Assembly: GCA_951406725.2 (NCBI GenBank)
Contig: OX597823.1
Span: forward strand, 54,684,001-54,748,000
Length of the DNA: 64,000 nucleotides
Source of the DNA: Octopus vulgaris
Lineage: Eukaryota
Direction: 5' to 3'
The notes below the pieces were generated by a model. The model was given only the letters and a program-made list of their open reading frames with translations, was not told where the DNA came from and ran no database searches. Each line of letters starts with the position of its first letter. Within the stretch, counting starts at the first letter, position 1. Shown piece by piece: positions 27,861-39,329 of the stretch. A program made the translations under genes and the position numbers.

Positions 27861-28217
27861 AACAACAAACAAGATGAGGAGAAATATCCGTTGAATGTAA
27901 ATAATGTAAATAATGCACATGTATATATGGTCACTTAATCTTAATTCAAAAAACCATACCTTTCAGTTTTACATGAAAAAAGGGGACAATAGTGAATATA
28001 GAACCAGGTATACTCAGCTTCATCATCATTGTTGGGATCATCGTCTTTTTCATCATCATCATTGCCATTGTCATTATAACTATCATCACCATCATCATCA
28101 TTACTATCTTCATTATCATCATCACCAGCACTACCATCATCACGTCATCATCACAATCATCATCACCACCATCACCACCATCACCACCACCACCACCACC
28201 TTCATCTCTTGTGTGTA

Positions 28218-28249
<32 letters not shown>

Positions 28250-28320
28250 AAGACTAAATTTTTCTGTACGCTAGGCCACTGGTAGTAAAAATTTCTAAAA
28301 TCTTTATTACTCTGATATTA

Positions 28321-28362
<42 letters not shown>

Positions 28363-28464
28363 CACCAAGCTAACATGGCAGTCCAGAGAAATAGGATGAA
28401 TGCTGCTGTTGATTAGCTCTGAGAGGCCATTGCCTCTAGCTAGCTGTGTGACACACAAATCTAC

Positions 28465-28507
28465 TCCACATTGATGAGGGGAAAATATCCCGAAACCGGT
28501 CTGTGGA
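28465..28507 (+). ncRNA. type I hammerhead (C3U in this copy) inside a PLE-type inverted insert (28356-28730)
   Basis: UCCACA-UUGAUGA-G-GGGA(AAAUA)UCCC-GAAAC-CG-GUC-UGUGGA. Perfect 6-bp helix I, palindromic ACCGGU. Confidence 0.75.
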
Positions 28508-28726
28508 AGTTGAATCAGCAAGGGGAAGCTGATGACCTTCCCTGTTTGAAGGTTATAATGGACACAGATTTGTGTGTCACATAGCTTGGTAGAAGTGATG
28601 GACTCTTGTAACTAATCAATAGCTGCATTTGTCCTATTTCTCTGGACTGTCATGTTAGCTTGGTGATAAATATTAATACCAAGTACTGCTGCCGTAGTCT
28701 CCTTTAGAGAAATTTAGAAATAAGAA

Positions 28727-28766
<40 letters not shown>

Positions 28767-28771
28767 TAAAT

Positions 28772-28935
28772 AAAATTCATATTAAATACAGGATATCACC
28801 AATGAGCAAAAAATACGTAAACTCATGAGAGACAAGTTTGGGACAAAATACCAATTTTGTCCTGTACTTGTCTCTCGTGTGTGTACGTATTTTTCACTCA
28901 TTGGTGATGTCCTGTACCTTAATATGCATTTTTTC
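28772..28935. repeat. imperfect palindrome with about 78-bp arms next to (TA)n
   Basis: ...TACAGGATATCACCAATGAG...GAGAGACAAGT...GGACAAAAT / ATTTTGTCC...ACTTGTCTCTC...CTCATTGGTGATGTCCTGTA. Confidence 0.8.
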
Positions 28936-29134
28936 ATTCTTATTTAATAATTGAAAGCCATGCAGCCTTTGTCAACAGTAAGTTTTTACGTATATAAATA
29001 TACACACAAAGATACACTTTCAATATACATAGATGCAAGTGTAGGTGCGTGGTTGGTAAGAAACTTGCTATAGCCTCAGAACAACCAAAGCCTTGTGAGT
29101 AGATTTGGTAGGTGGAAACTGGAAGACACCCGTC

Positions 29135-29178
<44 letters not shown>

Positions 29179-29181
<3 letters not shown>

Positions 29182-29587
29182 AGTGGCTGTGTGGTAAGTA
29201 GCTTGCTTACAAACCACATGGTTTCGGGTTCAGTCCCACTGCGTGGCACCTTGGGCAAGTGTCTTCTACTATAACCTTGGGCTGACTAAAGCCTTGTGAG
29301 TGGATTTGGTAGATGGAAACTGAAAGAAGCCCGTCATATATATATATATATATGTATGTGCGTGTGTATGTTTGTGTGTCTGTGTTAGTACCCTCAACAT
29401 TGCTTGACAACCAATGCTGGTGTGTTTATGTCCCCGTAACTTAGTGGTTTGGCAAAAGAGATCAATAGAATAAGTACTAGGCTTACAAAGAATAAGTCCT
29501 GGGGTCGATTTGCTCGACTAAAGGCAGTGCTCCAGCATGGCTGCAGTCAAATGACTGAAACAAGTGAAAGAGTAAAAGAGTAAAAGA
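29179..29587 (+). mobile_element. tRNA-headed CORE-like SINE (family A), near-consensus copy
   Basis: A box TGGCTGTGTGG, B box GGTTCAGTCCC, CORE-like ACCTTGGGCAAGT, central (TA)n, (AAAAGAGT)n tail. Confidence 0.9.
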
Positions 29588-29789
29588 TATATATATATAT
29601 ATATTTGTCTGTGTGTATTTGTATATGCTTGTGTGTCTGTGATTGTCCCCCCACCATTGCTTGACAACTGATGTTGGTGTGTTTACGTTCCACTAACGTT
29701 GTGGTTCAGCAAAAGAGACCAATAGAATAAGTACTAGGCTTACAATGAATAAGTCCTGGGGTCGATGCTGGTGTCACATAATTGGTCAC

Positions 29790-30825
29790 CTAGGTAATGG
29801 AAGCTGTCAACTACTAGTAGTTTTTTCCCCTGGAATGTAATGGAAGCTGTTCTCTGCACATTTTAAGAATTTATTGCTCCTGAGTATTTGAGACACACAA
29901 AAACTATCTTCCCAGTTAGCCTTCATTTGATATTTCTGCACCTCTTATTTGTCCATAGTTTACACTGGGTACATCTTATGGAGTTTCTACCTACACCTTT
30001 TCTACAGATCGAGCAGGGCCATCTACCTGAAGGGATTTGTGATTTGTCTGCCTTCCTACTTATTAAGACTTTAGTTTTTGTTAGGTTGACTCTAAGGCCC
30101 TTCAATTCTAATCATTGCTTCCACACCTGAAACTTCCCCTCTAGTTCTGATAGTGACTCAGCAATTAGAGCAAGGTCATCAGCATAGAGAAGCTCCCAAG
30201 GGCATCCTGTCTTGAATTCCTCCATTATTGCCTGGAGGACTATGATGAATAAGACGGGGCTGAGGACTGATTCTTGGTAGACACCTATCCATACTCAGAA
30301 TTCTTCACTGTACTCATCGCCAACCCTCACCTTACTGACAGCATCCCTCTACATGGCTTGTATAGCTCTTACTAACCATTCATCTATCCCTAGTTTCCTC
30401 ATTGAACACCAGATAAGGGATTGGGGGACCTTGTCAAAGGCTTTCTCTATGTCAACGAAAGCCAGGTACAGAGGTTTATCTATGGCTAGGTATTTCTCCT
30501 GCAGCTGTCTTACCAGAAATATAGCATCAGTGATGTTGTTTTTGGCATATACCCAAACTGCATCTCATCAAGACTGACTTTCTCCCTAATTAGTTGGGCC
30601 ATGACCCTCTCTGTTACTTTCATTACTTGATACCTCTGTAATTATTTGTATCTAAAGCATCACCTTTACCTTTGTAGCGGTTGACTATGTTGCTGCTACA
30701 TTAGTCATTGGGTACAACTCCTTCATGTATCACCTGGTTGACTATACAGGTGACTAGACTATAGCCAACACCGCCAGATATTTTAAGCATCTCTGTGATG
30801 ATTCCTGATTGGCCAGGGGCTTTCC
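29790..30825 (-). pseudogene. RTE-clade reverse transcriptase fragment with Cys-rich insertion
   Basis: PLYLAFVDIEKAFDKVP; GCPWELLYADDLALIAE; KGLRVNLTKTK followed by WPCSICRKGVGRNSIRCTQCKLW..KRC. Confidence 0.9.
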
Positions 30826-31143
30826 CTATATATATATATTTATGGGTCCAACCTTCTGAGTTCTTTTACAGGGCTTAGGAAAACTGAAGGACCACTGCAA
30901 TAAGCATGTGAACCTAAGAGGGTTCATAAAATCATAATTAACCTATCCTCCTGTATTTTCTTTTACCCAAAACCAGAAACTTTTCAGCACCCCTTCTTAT
31001 ATATATATATATATATATATACATAGAGAGGGAGAGAAAAGGAGGCAGAGAGAGAGAGGGAGGTTGAATAGTCATCATTCAGTTTGTATCCACCAAATCT
31101 ACTCACAAGGTTTTGGTCGGCCTTGGGTAGAAGACACTTACCT

Positions 31144-31377
31144 GAAGGCAGTGAACTGGCAGAAATGTTAGCACGCTGAGCGAAATGCTTAGCAGTATTT
31201 CATCTGTCTTTATGATCTGTGTTCAAATTCCGTCGAGGTCGACTTTGCTTTTCATCCTTTTGGGGTCAATAAATTAAGTACCAGTTACACACTGGGGTCA
31301 ATGTAATCGACTTAATCCCTTTGTCTGTCATTGTTTGTCCCCTCTGTGTTTGGTCCCTTGTGGGCAATAAAGAAATA
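31144..31377 (+). mobile_element. SINE family B, full length, with 15-bp TSD, nested in a family A SINE
   Basis: TSD agaagacacttacct at 31129-31143 and 31378-31392. Confidence 0.85.
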
Positions 31378-32004
31378 AGAAGACACTTACCTAAGGGGCC
31401 ATACTGTGGGGCTGAACCCAGAACCATGTAATTGGGAAGCAACCATGCTTGTGGCTATAATATCAGATGAAATTGTAGGGGCACTGTTAGACCATACCTG
31501 TATGACTGTCATTTCCATCTGTCACAACTGTATGCCAGAGTTTGAGCTTCTGCTAATAGTTTACTCGTCCAATCCCTCGATGTGTGTCTAGCTTTCCCTC
31601 TCTCTTATCCCTCTTTGTCTACCAGAGTTCCTTGAAGAATAGCTTTTGCAAGACCATGAGAACTTATTACATGGCCATACCATTCGCAGCTTTTAATTCC
31701 TCACTTTTGTGAAAAGATCATCATGAGTATCAGCATAATGCTAGGTGGGTTTGTAGACTTATTCTTTTATTCTTTTATTTGTTCCAGTCATCTGACTGTG
31801 GCCATGCTGGAGTACTGCCTCAAAGGTTTTTTTTTTATTTGAGGAAATCGATCCCAAGACTTATTCTTTACAAGCCTAGTACTTATTTTATCGGTCTCTT
31901 TAGCTGAACCACTAAGTTACAAGGAGGTAAACACACCAACATTGGTTGTCGAGCGATGGTGGGGAAACAAAGATAGACACAAAGATACACACACACATAC
32001 ATAC

Positions 32005-32056
<52 letters not shown>

Positions 32057-32294
32057 ATCAAAAAAAAGCATTATATTGTTAATGCTTTCTCTCCAAGAAT
32101 TTGAACTACAGGTTTTACCTCTGTAGAAATGTAATACTCTATGACTCACGTGGGTGGACAGGGAGAATAATAGATCTCATTCGTATTTTTGGATTCGCTA
32201 GTACTGGGTGTCTGGCATGGTTTGTCCGATGTTACAGATATCGGACGGGTATGTTTGATTCTTAGTATTTTCAAATCTAAATCAGAAGAAATCT

Positions 32295-32354
32295 CTGAGC
32301 TGATGAAGGAAAAGTGGCGTTTTACCCACAAATCCAGAAACAGACTGTCCTCGG
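32295..32354 (+). ncRNA. type I hammerhead with extended helix II, in an insert within the (TA)n of a family A SINE
   Basis: CUGAG-CUGAUGA-A-GGA(AAA GUGG..CCAC AAA)UCC-A-GAAACAG-A-CUGUC-CUCGG. Predicted cut after GUC at 32349. Confidence 0.72.
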
Positions 32355-32535
32355 GTATCGTATATGGATGTGATCTTTCATTGTTTTTCCCTTATACCTA
32401 TGTGGGTTATTTTCTGAGTATGCATTGTCTGGAGACTTTTATTTGCAGTTGAAGAAATAGCCAAATTTTTGGCTGCTATTTCTGAAAAGTTCGGTGTGTG
32501 GTAAAGTGAATTTTTTTTTACTTTACCATATTTTT

Positions 32536-32587
<52 letters not shown>

Positions 32588-32920
32588 CACACGTATATAT
32601 ATATATGTGTGTGTATATACGACAGGCTTCTTTCAGTTTCTGTCTACGAAACCCACTCACAAGGCTTTGGTTGGCCCGAGGCTATAGTAGAAGACACTTG
32701 CCCAAGGTATCATGCAGTGGGACTGAACCCAGAACCATGTAGTTGTGAAGCAAGCTTCTTACCACACAGCCACTCCTGAACCTGTTCATTTACCATATTT
32801 GTGTTTGTGTAAGATGCACAGTTTTTATTATTCTTAAGCAACAAAAATTGCTATGCATTTAAGGCATCCATTTTATAGGTGGGATGTTGAATGTCTGAGT
32901 GTATGATGAAACATATTAAA

Positions 32921-33065
32921 TATTATTTACATTATTTACATTTGACGGATATTTGTCTTCATCTTGTTTGTTGTTAACACAACATTTCGACTGATATACC
33001 CTCCAGCCTTCTTCAGGTGTCTTGGGGGAAATTTCGAACCTGCATTCTCATTCCTATTATTGTTG

Positions 33066-33099
<34 letters not shown>

Positions 33100-33201
33100 C
33101 ATTATTATTATTATTATTATTATTGTTCAGGTCACTGCTTGGAATTGAACTTGGAATCTTGGGGTTAGTAGCCCGCGTTCTTAACCACTACGCCATATGC
33201 C
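32921..33201 (-). mobile_element. PLE 3' pseudo-LTR: tRNA-like head, (AAT)n, HHR, tail
   Basis: Homologous to both arms at 27390-27915. Begins about 30 nt after the GIY-YIG-like stop codon. Confidence 0.7.
32976..33021 (-). ncRNA. minimal type I hammerhead (third copy of the 27.5-kb family)
   Basis: GACAC-CUGAAGA-A-GGCUG(..)CAGUC-GAAAU-GUU-GUGUU. Confidence 0.68.
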
Positions 33202-33231
33202 TTTGAGTAATTATGGAGTGAATTTTAGGGC

Positions 33232-33390
33232 TTATAAATATAATATCTTTCTATCCTTCCTTAATACTGATTCCCACATGCTGCTCATATCTGCACTCAG
33301 TCTGCTTAGGAGGTTGTTATGTCCAAGAATATGTGCTGCTTTTTTTAGTTTTCTTATATTCCAGTGGTGTTCTGTGTCCATTATATTAAA
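33232..33390 (-). pseudogene. Penelope-like GIY-YIG endonuclease C-terminal remnant
   Basis: NIMDTEHHWNIRKLKKAAHILGHNNLLSRLSADMSSMWESVLRKDRKILYL* resembles the I-D-x-E-xx-W-xx-R-xx-KEA-xx-I...N...W PLE endonuclease tail. Recognised by eye. Confidence 0.65.
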
Positions 33391-34317
33391 TATGTTTTTT
33401 CCACTGTCTTATTCAACAACACATCTTTTGTATTAAATTGGATTGTCCATGATCAGTCCACTGCAGGACAAAGGCCTCATCATATTCTTTCTATCAACCA
33501 TGATCTGATGTGGAAACTGTGAATTTGTGCTTCAGATCATACTGGTTTCATGAGCTTACTCTCTCACACTGGCTCAACATGGCTTGGCAGAAGTGTGTAG
33601 TTTTTGACTTTCATACTCTTACTTAGGAGCAGTTAGAATGATTTCATCAACCCCAGTTCTCAACCGGTACTTATTTTATCTGCCTCTGAAAAGATGAAAG
33701 GCAAAGTGCATCATATAAATTGGCAAATATGTTATGATGTGGTCCAGGTACAAAATAGCTAAGGTGAAATAGTAACTCATTTTGTGCACCTTTCTTAAAC
33801 TCTCCACAGTGAAAATGTTCTGCTTGTTTAAAGATTCACTCAAGTTCTCAGAAATTTAATGATGCTAAGAAACCATTCTTTTATCAATGGTCACAAAACA
33901 AAGTGTTTTTGTTATTTTATTTTTCAAAATATTTATTTTTTGAACAACATATTTGTTTATTAACTGTAAAACCCATTTCTATAAATATGTGATATTTTGG
34001 GAATGTTATGAGCAATTCAAATAAAGAAATTCAATTATTATTAAAAACAAAATAAAATACATCAGGAAAAAAAAAAAAATGTGGTATTTATAGACTTAGA
34101 TACAAAGAAAGCAGCACAATATTTTTTAAATTTCAGATATTGGTGCAGGTGTTGCTGTGTGGCTGAGAAGCTTTCTTCCTAACCACATGGTTATGGGTTC
34201 AATCTCACTGCCTGAAACCTTGGGCAGGTATCTTCTACTATAACCCCAGGCCAATCAAAGCCTTGTGAGTGAATTTGGTTGATGGAAACGGAAACAAGCT
34301 TGTCACGTGTGTGTGTA

Positions 34318-34363
<46 letters not shown>

Positions 34364-34734
34364 CGTGTGTGTGTGTGTGTGTGTGTGTGCGTGTGTGTGT
34401 GTGTGTGTGTGTTTATAACATAAGCAAATACTGGTCTGTCAAATACCATACAACAAAAATTATGTATGAATATGTGTGCAACTCCTTGTTTTGATGTTAC
34501 TAACTTGTTGTAAATGAGTGTCACTGTCATACAAGTGGTGTCATTCATTTCTACTGTTCTGTATAAACATTTCCTGTCATAGGGCAATATTATTTTGCCT
34601 GGAAACAAGTGAGGGTTTGTGCAAGGAAGGGCACCCAGCTGTAAAAGATCTGTCCCAAAAACTCCATCCAATCCATGCAAACATGGTAAATCAGAAATTG
34701 AAATGACGATGAATAACTATTGACCTCATATATA

Positions 34735-35292
34735 TATTGGGTTGTCCGGAAAGTTCATGCCGGTTTATAGTAGCTTACCTTTCAACTTATTTTAGAACAT
34801 GGTTGAGTCCATAAAATAGGATTTGACTACACCTCCATTTAGAGTACAGTTTAAGCTATCTGTTCGTGGAAGAAGGTTTATGTTCCTATAACCTGTGTTA
34901 ATTCTGTAACCCTTTAAAATGGAAGATAAGAAAGTTCATTTTCGGCACTTGAAGCTTAGGGAACCAGACAAAAATTGCTGCAGCTCGGCTGGGATGTGTT
35001 ACCCCCACCCTCCATATTCACCAGATATTGCTCCTTCGAATTTCCACTTATTCAGGTCTCTGCAGAATAGTCTTAATGGTAAAAATTTCAATTCCTTGGA
35101 TGACGTAAAAAGATACCTTGATGAATTATTTGCCATGAAACCACCTCAATTCTGAGAAGAGGGTATTTTCAAGTTAAAGGAAAGATGGAGACACATTGTG
35201 CAACAAAATGGTTCATATTTGGTAGATTAAAAATGTAATGGCAAGTATTTATCGACCTTTTTCTTTCTTTTAAAAATCGGCACAAACTTTCC
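34735..35292 (+). mobile_element. internally deleted mariner element
   Basis: Left TIR TATTGGGTTGTCCGGAAAGTTCATGCCG and partial right TIR CGGCACAAACTTTCC. ORF joins MEDKKVHFRH to HPPYSPDIAPSNFHLFRSLQN. Confidence 0.88.
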
Positions 35293-35624
35293 TTTAAAAA
35301 TTGGCATGAACTTTCTTAGTAAACAAACTTTCTTACTTTCTTAGTTATCTTAGTAATGTAAAGCATAATTCAAAATGTTATTTACATATCCTTTTAATGG
35401 TTTTGATCTCTGAACTCTGGCTATACTGAGGTATCATTAGCTTCATGGGTTATAGTCCATTATATCAAGCCCCGTCTTTTGTCTGATATTCATTTTATCA
35501 TCCACTATTTTATCAAATGGCTAAGTTCACCTATTGTGTTACATACATTTCTGTAGCTATTTCCCCTTATGGAAGAGAGGCCACTAAGAATTTGCACCAA
35601 TTTACAATGACATACACAGACAGA

Positions 35625-36032
35625 GAAATATGTATGTATATATGTATGTATGTCATTGTTCAGTTTTATTTCAAGATTTCTTGCCAATAGAGAAAGAGCC
35701 ACTTTTGAACCTAAATTCAAGGCTCTTTTATTGGAATTTAAGCATCAAAACAGGTTTTTTTTTTGTATGTATGTGTATGTGCAGATTTGTATGGTTTGCT
35801 TTATGTATGTACTCTCATGCATATAGTTGCATATCTAGACATGCACATATATATTTAATTGATAAACATCTGGAAAGTTTTACAGATTTTTACAGTTCCA
35901 ATGATGGATTGGATCTGTAGTCTTTTTCTTTTCTGGTTTTGAGAAGTTTAATTTCTCAAGATTGCTATGTTACATATCCCAGGGCCCCAATATTTATAGG
36001 TATAAATCTGAACTTGTAATCTGGAAGGAGTG
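35625..36032 (-). mobile_element. R4/NeSL-like (REL endonuclease) non-LTR retrotransposon 3' fragment in (TATG)n
   Basis: PDYKFRFIPINIGALGYVT and LQIQSIIGTVKICKTFQ C-terminal motifs. (TATG)n on both sides. Confidence 0.6.
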
Positions 36033-36064
36033 ACTGTATGCATGCATGTATGTGTGTATGTGTG

Positions 36065-36096
<32 letters not shown>

Positions 36097-36124
36097 TGTA
36101 TGTATGTATGTATGTATGTATGCA

Positions 36125-36171
<47 letters not shown>

Positions 36172-36483
36172 ATGTATGTATGCATACAAGCAGATTTGTA
36201 TGTTTTGTTTTATGTATGTTTTATCATGTATATACTTGCATATCTAGATATGTTGTATGTATATATATATATAGTGAGAGAGAGTGAAGAATATATATGT
36301 GTGTGAGTGTAAGGATTGATTCAATAGATTTGTGAGGGCATCACATATGATGCCTTGCAGAATCTGTTGTGGCTCTGCACTTTCAGTTTAAATCTTGCCA
36401 AAGGCAACTTTGCCTCTTGTCCTTTGGCGTTAATAAATAAAGCAGCACTCACATAATGGGGGACGGTCCTTCTTCCTTTCTCC

Positions 36484-36514
<31 letters not shown>

Positions 36515-36518
36515 TTTT

Positions 36519-36556
<38 letters not shown>

Positions 36557-37433
36557 TTTCCTTCCTTCCTTCCTTCCTTCCTTCCTTCCTTCCTTCTTTC
36601 TTTCTTTCTTTCTTTCTTTCTTTTCTCTCTCTTTCTATTTTTATCTCACTGTCCCAGAATTGGTTATAGCTGACGAAAGGATGGGTTTAAGAAAAAAAGG
36701 GAGACAAAGGGAAACCAATTTCATATTCACCCATGAAAATTCCATGACAGGTGTTTGTCATGAAAATGACCAAGGGTTATTTTGCTCATCTGGTGGGAAA
36801 GAAGCAGTATATATATATATATATATATATATGCATACTCACTGTCATCATTTAGTGTCTGCTTTCTTTGCAAGTCACTGCATAGTTTGTGTGTATGTAT
36901 GAGTGTGTGCATGCATGTGGGTTTACACATATGCACACACACTCACATGTCTACACATGCACATATATGAAAATAAAAGAAATATATATATATATAAATA
37001 TATATATTATATTCATGACAAATCCCTGCATGGTTTCTATCTGCCAAATTCTATTTACAATGTATTTGTCAATCCATGGATGCGTAATTTTTAATAGTTT
37101 CTTCCTTTTCTTATATTTAAAGTGTAAAATAGAAAGACAACTTGAATTTGGAAGGTTTATTTATTTATTTATTTATTTATTTATTTTGTATTCAACATTA
37201 AGTTTAATCTCAAAAAGAATGAGTCAATAATAGATCTCTTGTATGGTCACTTGATGAGTTAGAAATAGCAGCTAAACCTTTCTCAAATTGCTCCTTAATG
37301 AGTTTAGTAAAAAAAAAAACACAGTGGATATTGTGAAGTATATTTGCCACTTAAATGTAGCTAACCTTTAAGGGTGGATGCTACTGTATTTGCAAAGGGA
37401 AGCTATCCTTCCCAGCTTTAATCTGACATGATA

Positions 37434-37478
37434 CACACGGACTCGAGTTTCTGGGTATTGACCTGTCATCAGCATGTG
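37434..37478 (-). ncRNA. type I hammerhead ribozyme
   Basis: CACAUG-CUGAUGA-CA-GGU(CAAU)ACC-CA-GAAAC-UCGA-GUC-CGUGUG. Palindromic ACUCGAGU. Confidence 0.7.
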
Positions 37479-37915
37479 ACAATCATCAATTGCCGATGAA
37501 AAGTGGGTCCCCTTTGCAAATATATATCCTTTTTCCAGTGACAAAAAGTCACTGATCTTGAAAAAGTGTAAACAAGCAATAATAAATCTCTGAGCGAGGT
37601 ATAAACAATAGCTGCACAACAACGTGAAAAAGGATATATATTTTCACTGGAAAAAGGATATATATTTTCATTGATGTTGGTGTTTTAATGTTCCTGAAAT
37701 CTAGCAGTTCAGCAAAAGAGACTGATAGAACAAGTACTAGGCTTACAAACAATAAGTCCTGGGATCGAATTCTTTGACTAAAAAACTATTTAAAGTGGTC
37801 CTCCAGCATGGCCACAGTCAAATGATTGAAATAAGTAAAAGAATAAAAGAACATATATATATATATATATATACACACACATGTATGTATGCATGTATAA
37901 TTAATATAAATAATG

Positions 37916-38110
37916 GGTAAGTAGGATCCTTACAGGAAGCCCAAGAAGGAAAGTGTGTATATCCACAGAAACTTTAACCACTCCACTGCTGTAATTAGAA
38001 ATCTTGTCTCAGGTATCAGTAGAAGAATATCTAAACTTTCAGTTGACATAGAGATCTTCAACAGAGCTGCTCCCTACCGTTAAAATGGGGCATTAAATAA
38101 AAGTGGATTC
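37916..38110 (+). pseudogene. Penelope-like reverse transcriptase thumb fragment
   Basis: PYRKPKKESVYIHRNFNHSTAVIRNLVSGISRRISKLSVDIEIFNRAAPY..ALNKSGF resembles the PLE YRKP..Y....S.HP...L...GY pattern. Confidence 0.75.
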
Positions 38111-38342
38111 ATTAAAAAGTTCAGATGTGTTGGGGGACTCTGTTCAACTCTCCATCGAATTAACAACACCATGTGACCTGCATTAACCAATAGCAGCCCA
38201 ATCACTGGAAGTCATCTTTGTATCTCCTCCATTCAGTTCTATGAGCCTGATGAGTTAGGTTTGTTTTGTGAGCCTATGAAATTTTGAGTTGCTTGGAGCC
38301 AAATCAAACTGTTATTAAATTATATGTTTGTGTGTGTGTGGA

Positions 38343-38376
<34 letters not shown>

Positions 38377-39132
38377 TGTAATCCAAGGTTGATTCATATA
38401 CCTACTGCAGGTTTTTGAAAGCATCATGAGGGTACGTTATCTAAATCATTTGTGGCTTTATGTGTATCAGTAATTATCTGTACAAACAAACTCACACACA
38501 CACGTATACACACACACAAATACATTTATGCATGCAGAAATATATATATATATATGTATACATATAAATTCACATGTATACACCCACACACACATACACC
38601 TTTACACATATATAATACATACATATACACACATATATGTATACATGCATATATGCGTGTACGTAAATACCATATATGCTTGCATTTATATTTATAAAAT
38701 GTATCTAGGTTTATACGTTGATATATATATACACAACATTTACTAATAAATCAACAGGAACGTGAAGAAATGTAGACTTAGTTGTCAGTGAATAAATGGG
38801 TAGTGATGAATTTTCTAAGTTTTCAAGAATTGATAATGAAGAATATATGTATATATAAATATATATATGCTTGTATATATGTATGTATATACCTACCAAC
38901 ATACCTACCTACCTACACACACCTACACACACACTCATATACATATATACATATATATATATACCTACACACACATACACATACATATATATATATATAC
39001 ATATGCATACCTACCTACATACTGACCTACTTACATACACACATACACACACTACACATATAAATTTGTATACAGGTATATATATAGAAATGTTTATACA
39101 TATGTGTGAGAGTGTGCTGGTGGATGTATGTA

Positions 39133-39168
<36 letters not shown>

Positions 39169-39273
39169 TGTATGTATGTATGTATGTATGTATGTATGTA
39201 TGTGTGCACATATATATATATGTATATATAAATTTATATATAGAGGGCATTATTATACATACATGCCACACGC

Positions 39274-39329
<56 letters not shown>

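Larger units (their letters stand above)
27390..27915. mobile_element. head-to-head inverted pair of tRNA-headed, HHR-bearing PLE pseudo-LTR
   Basis: Palindromic centre ...CCATATGCCC-AC-GGGCATATGG... at about 27669. Both arms carry (AAT)n, an HHR and an (AATGTAAAT)n tail. Confidence 0.75.

Noticed and set aside
28529-28560. CTGATGA-CCTTC..GAAGG hairpin as a second hammerhead
   Set aside because: Followed by TTATAA rather than GAAA, with no NUH or helix I.
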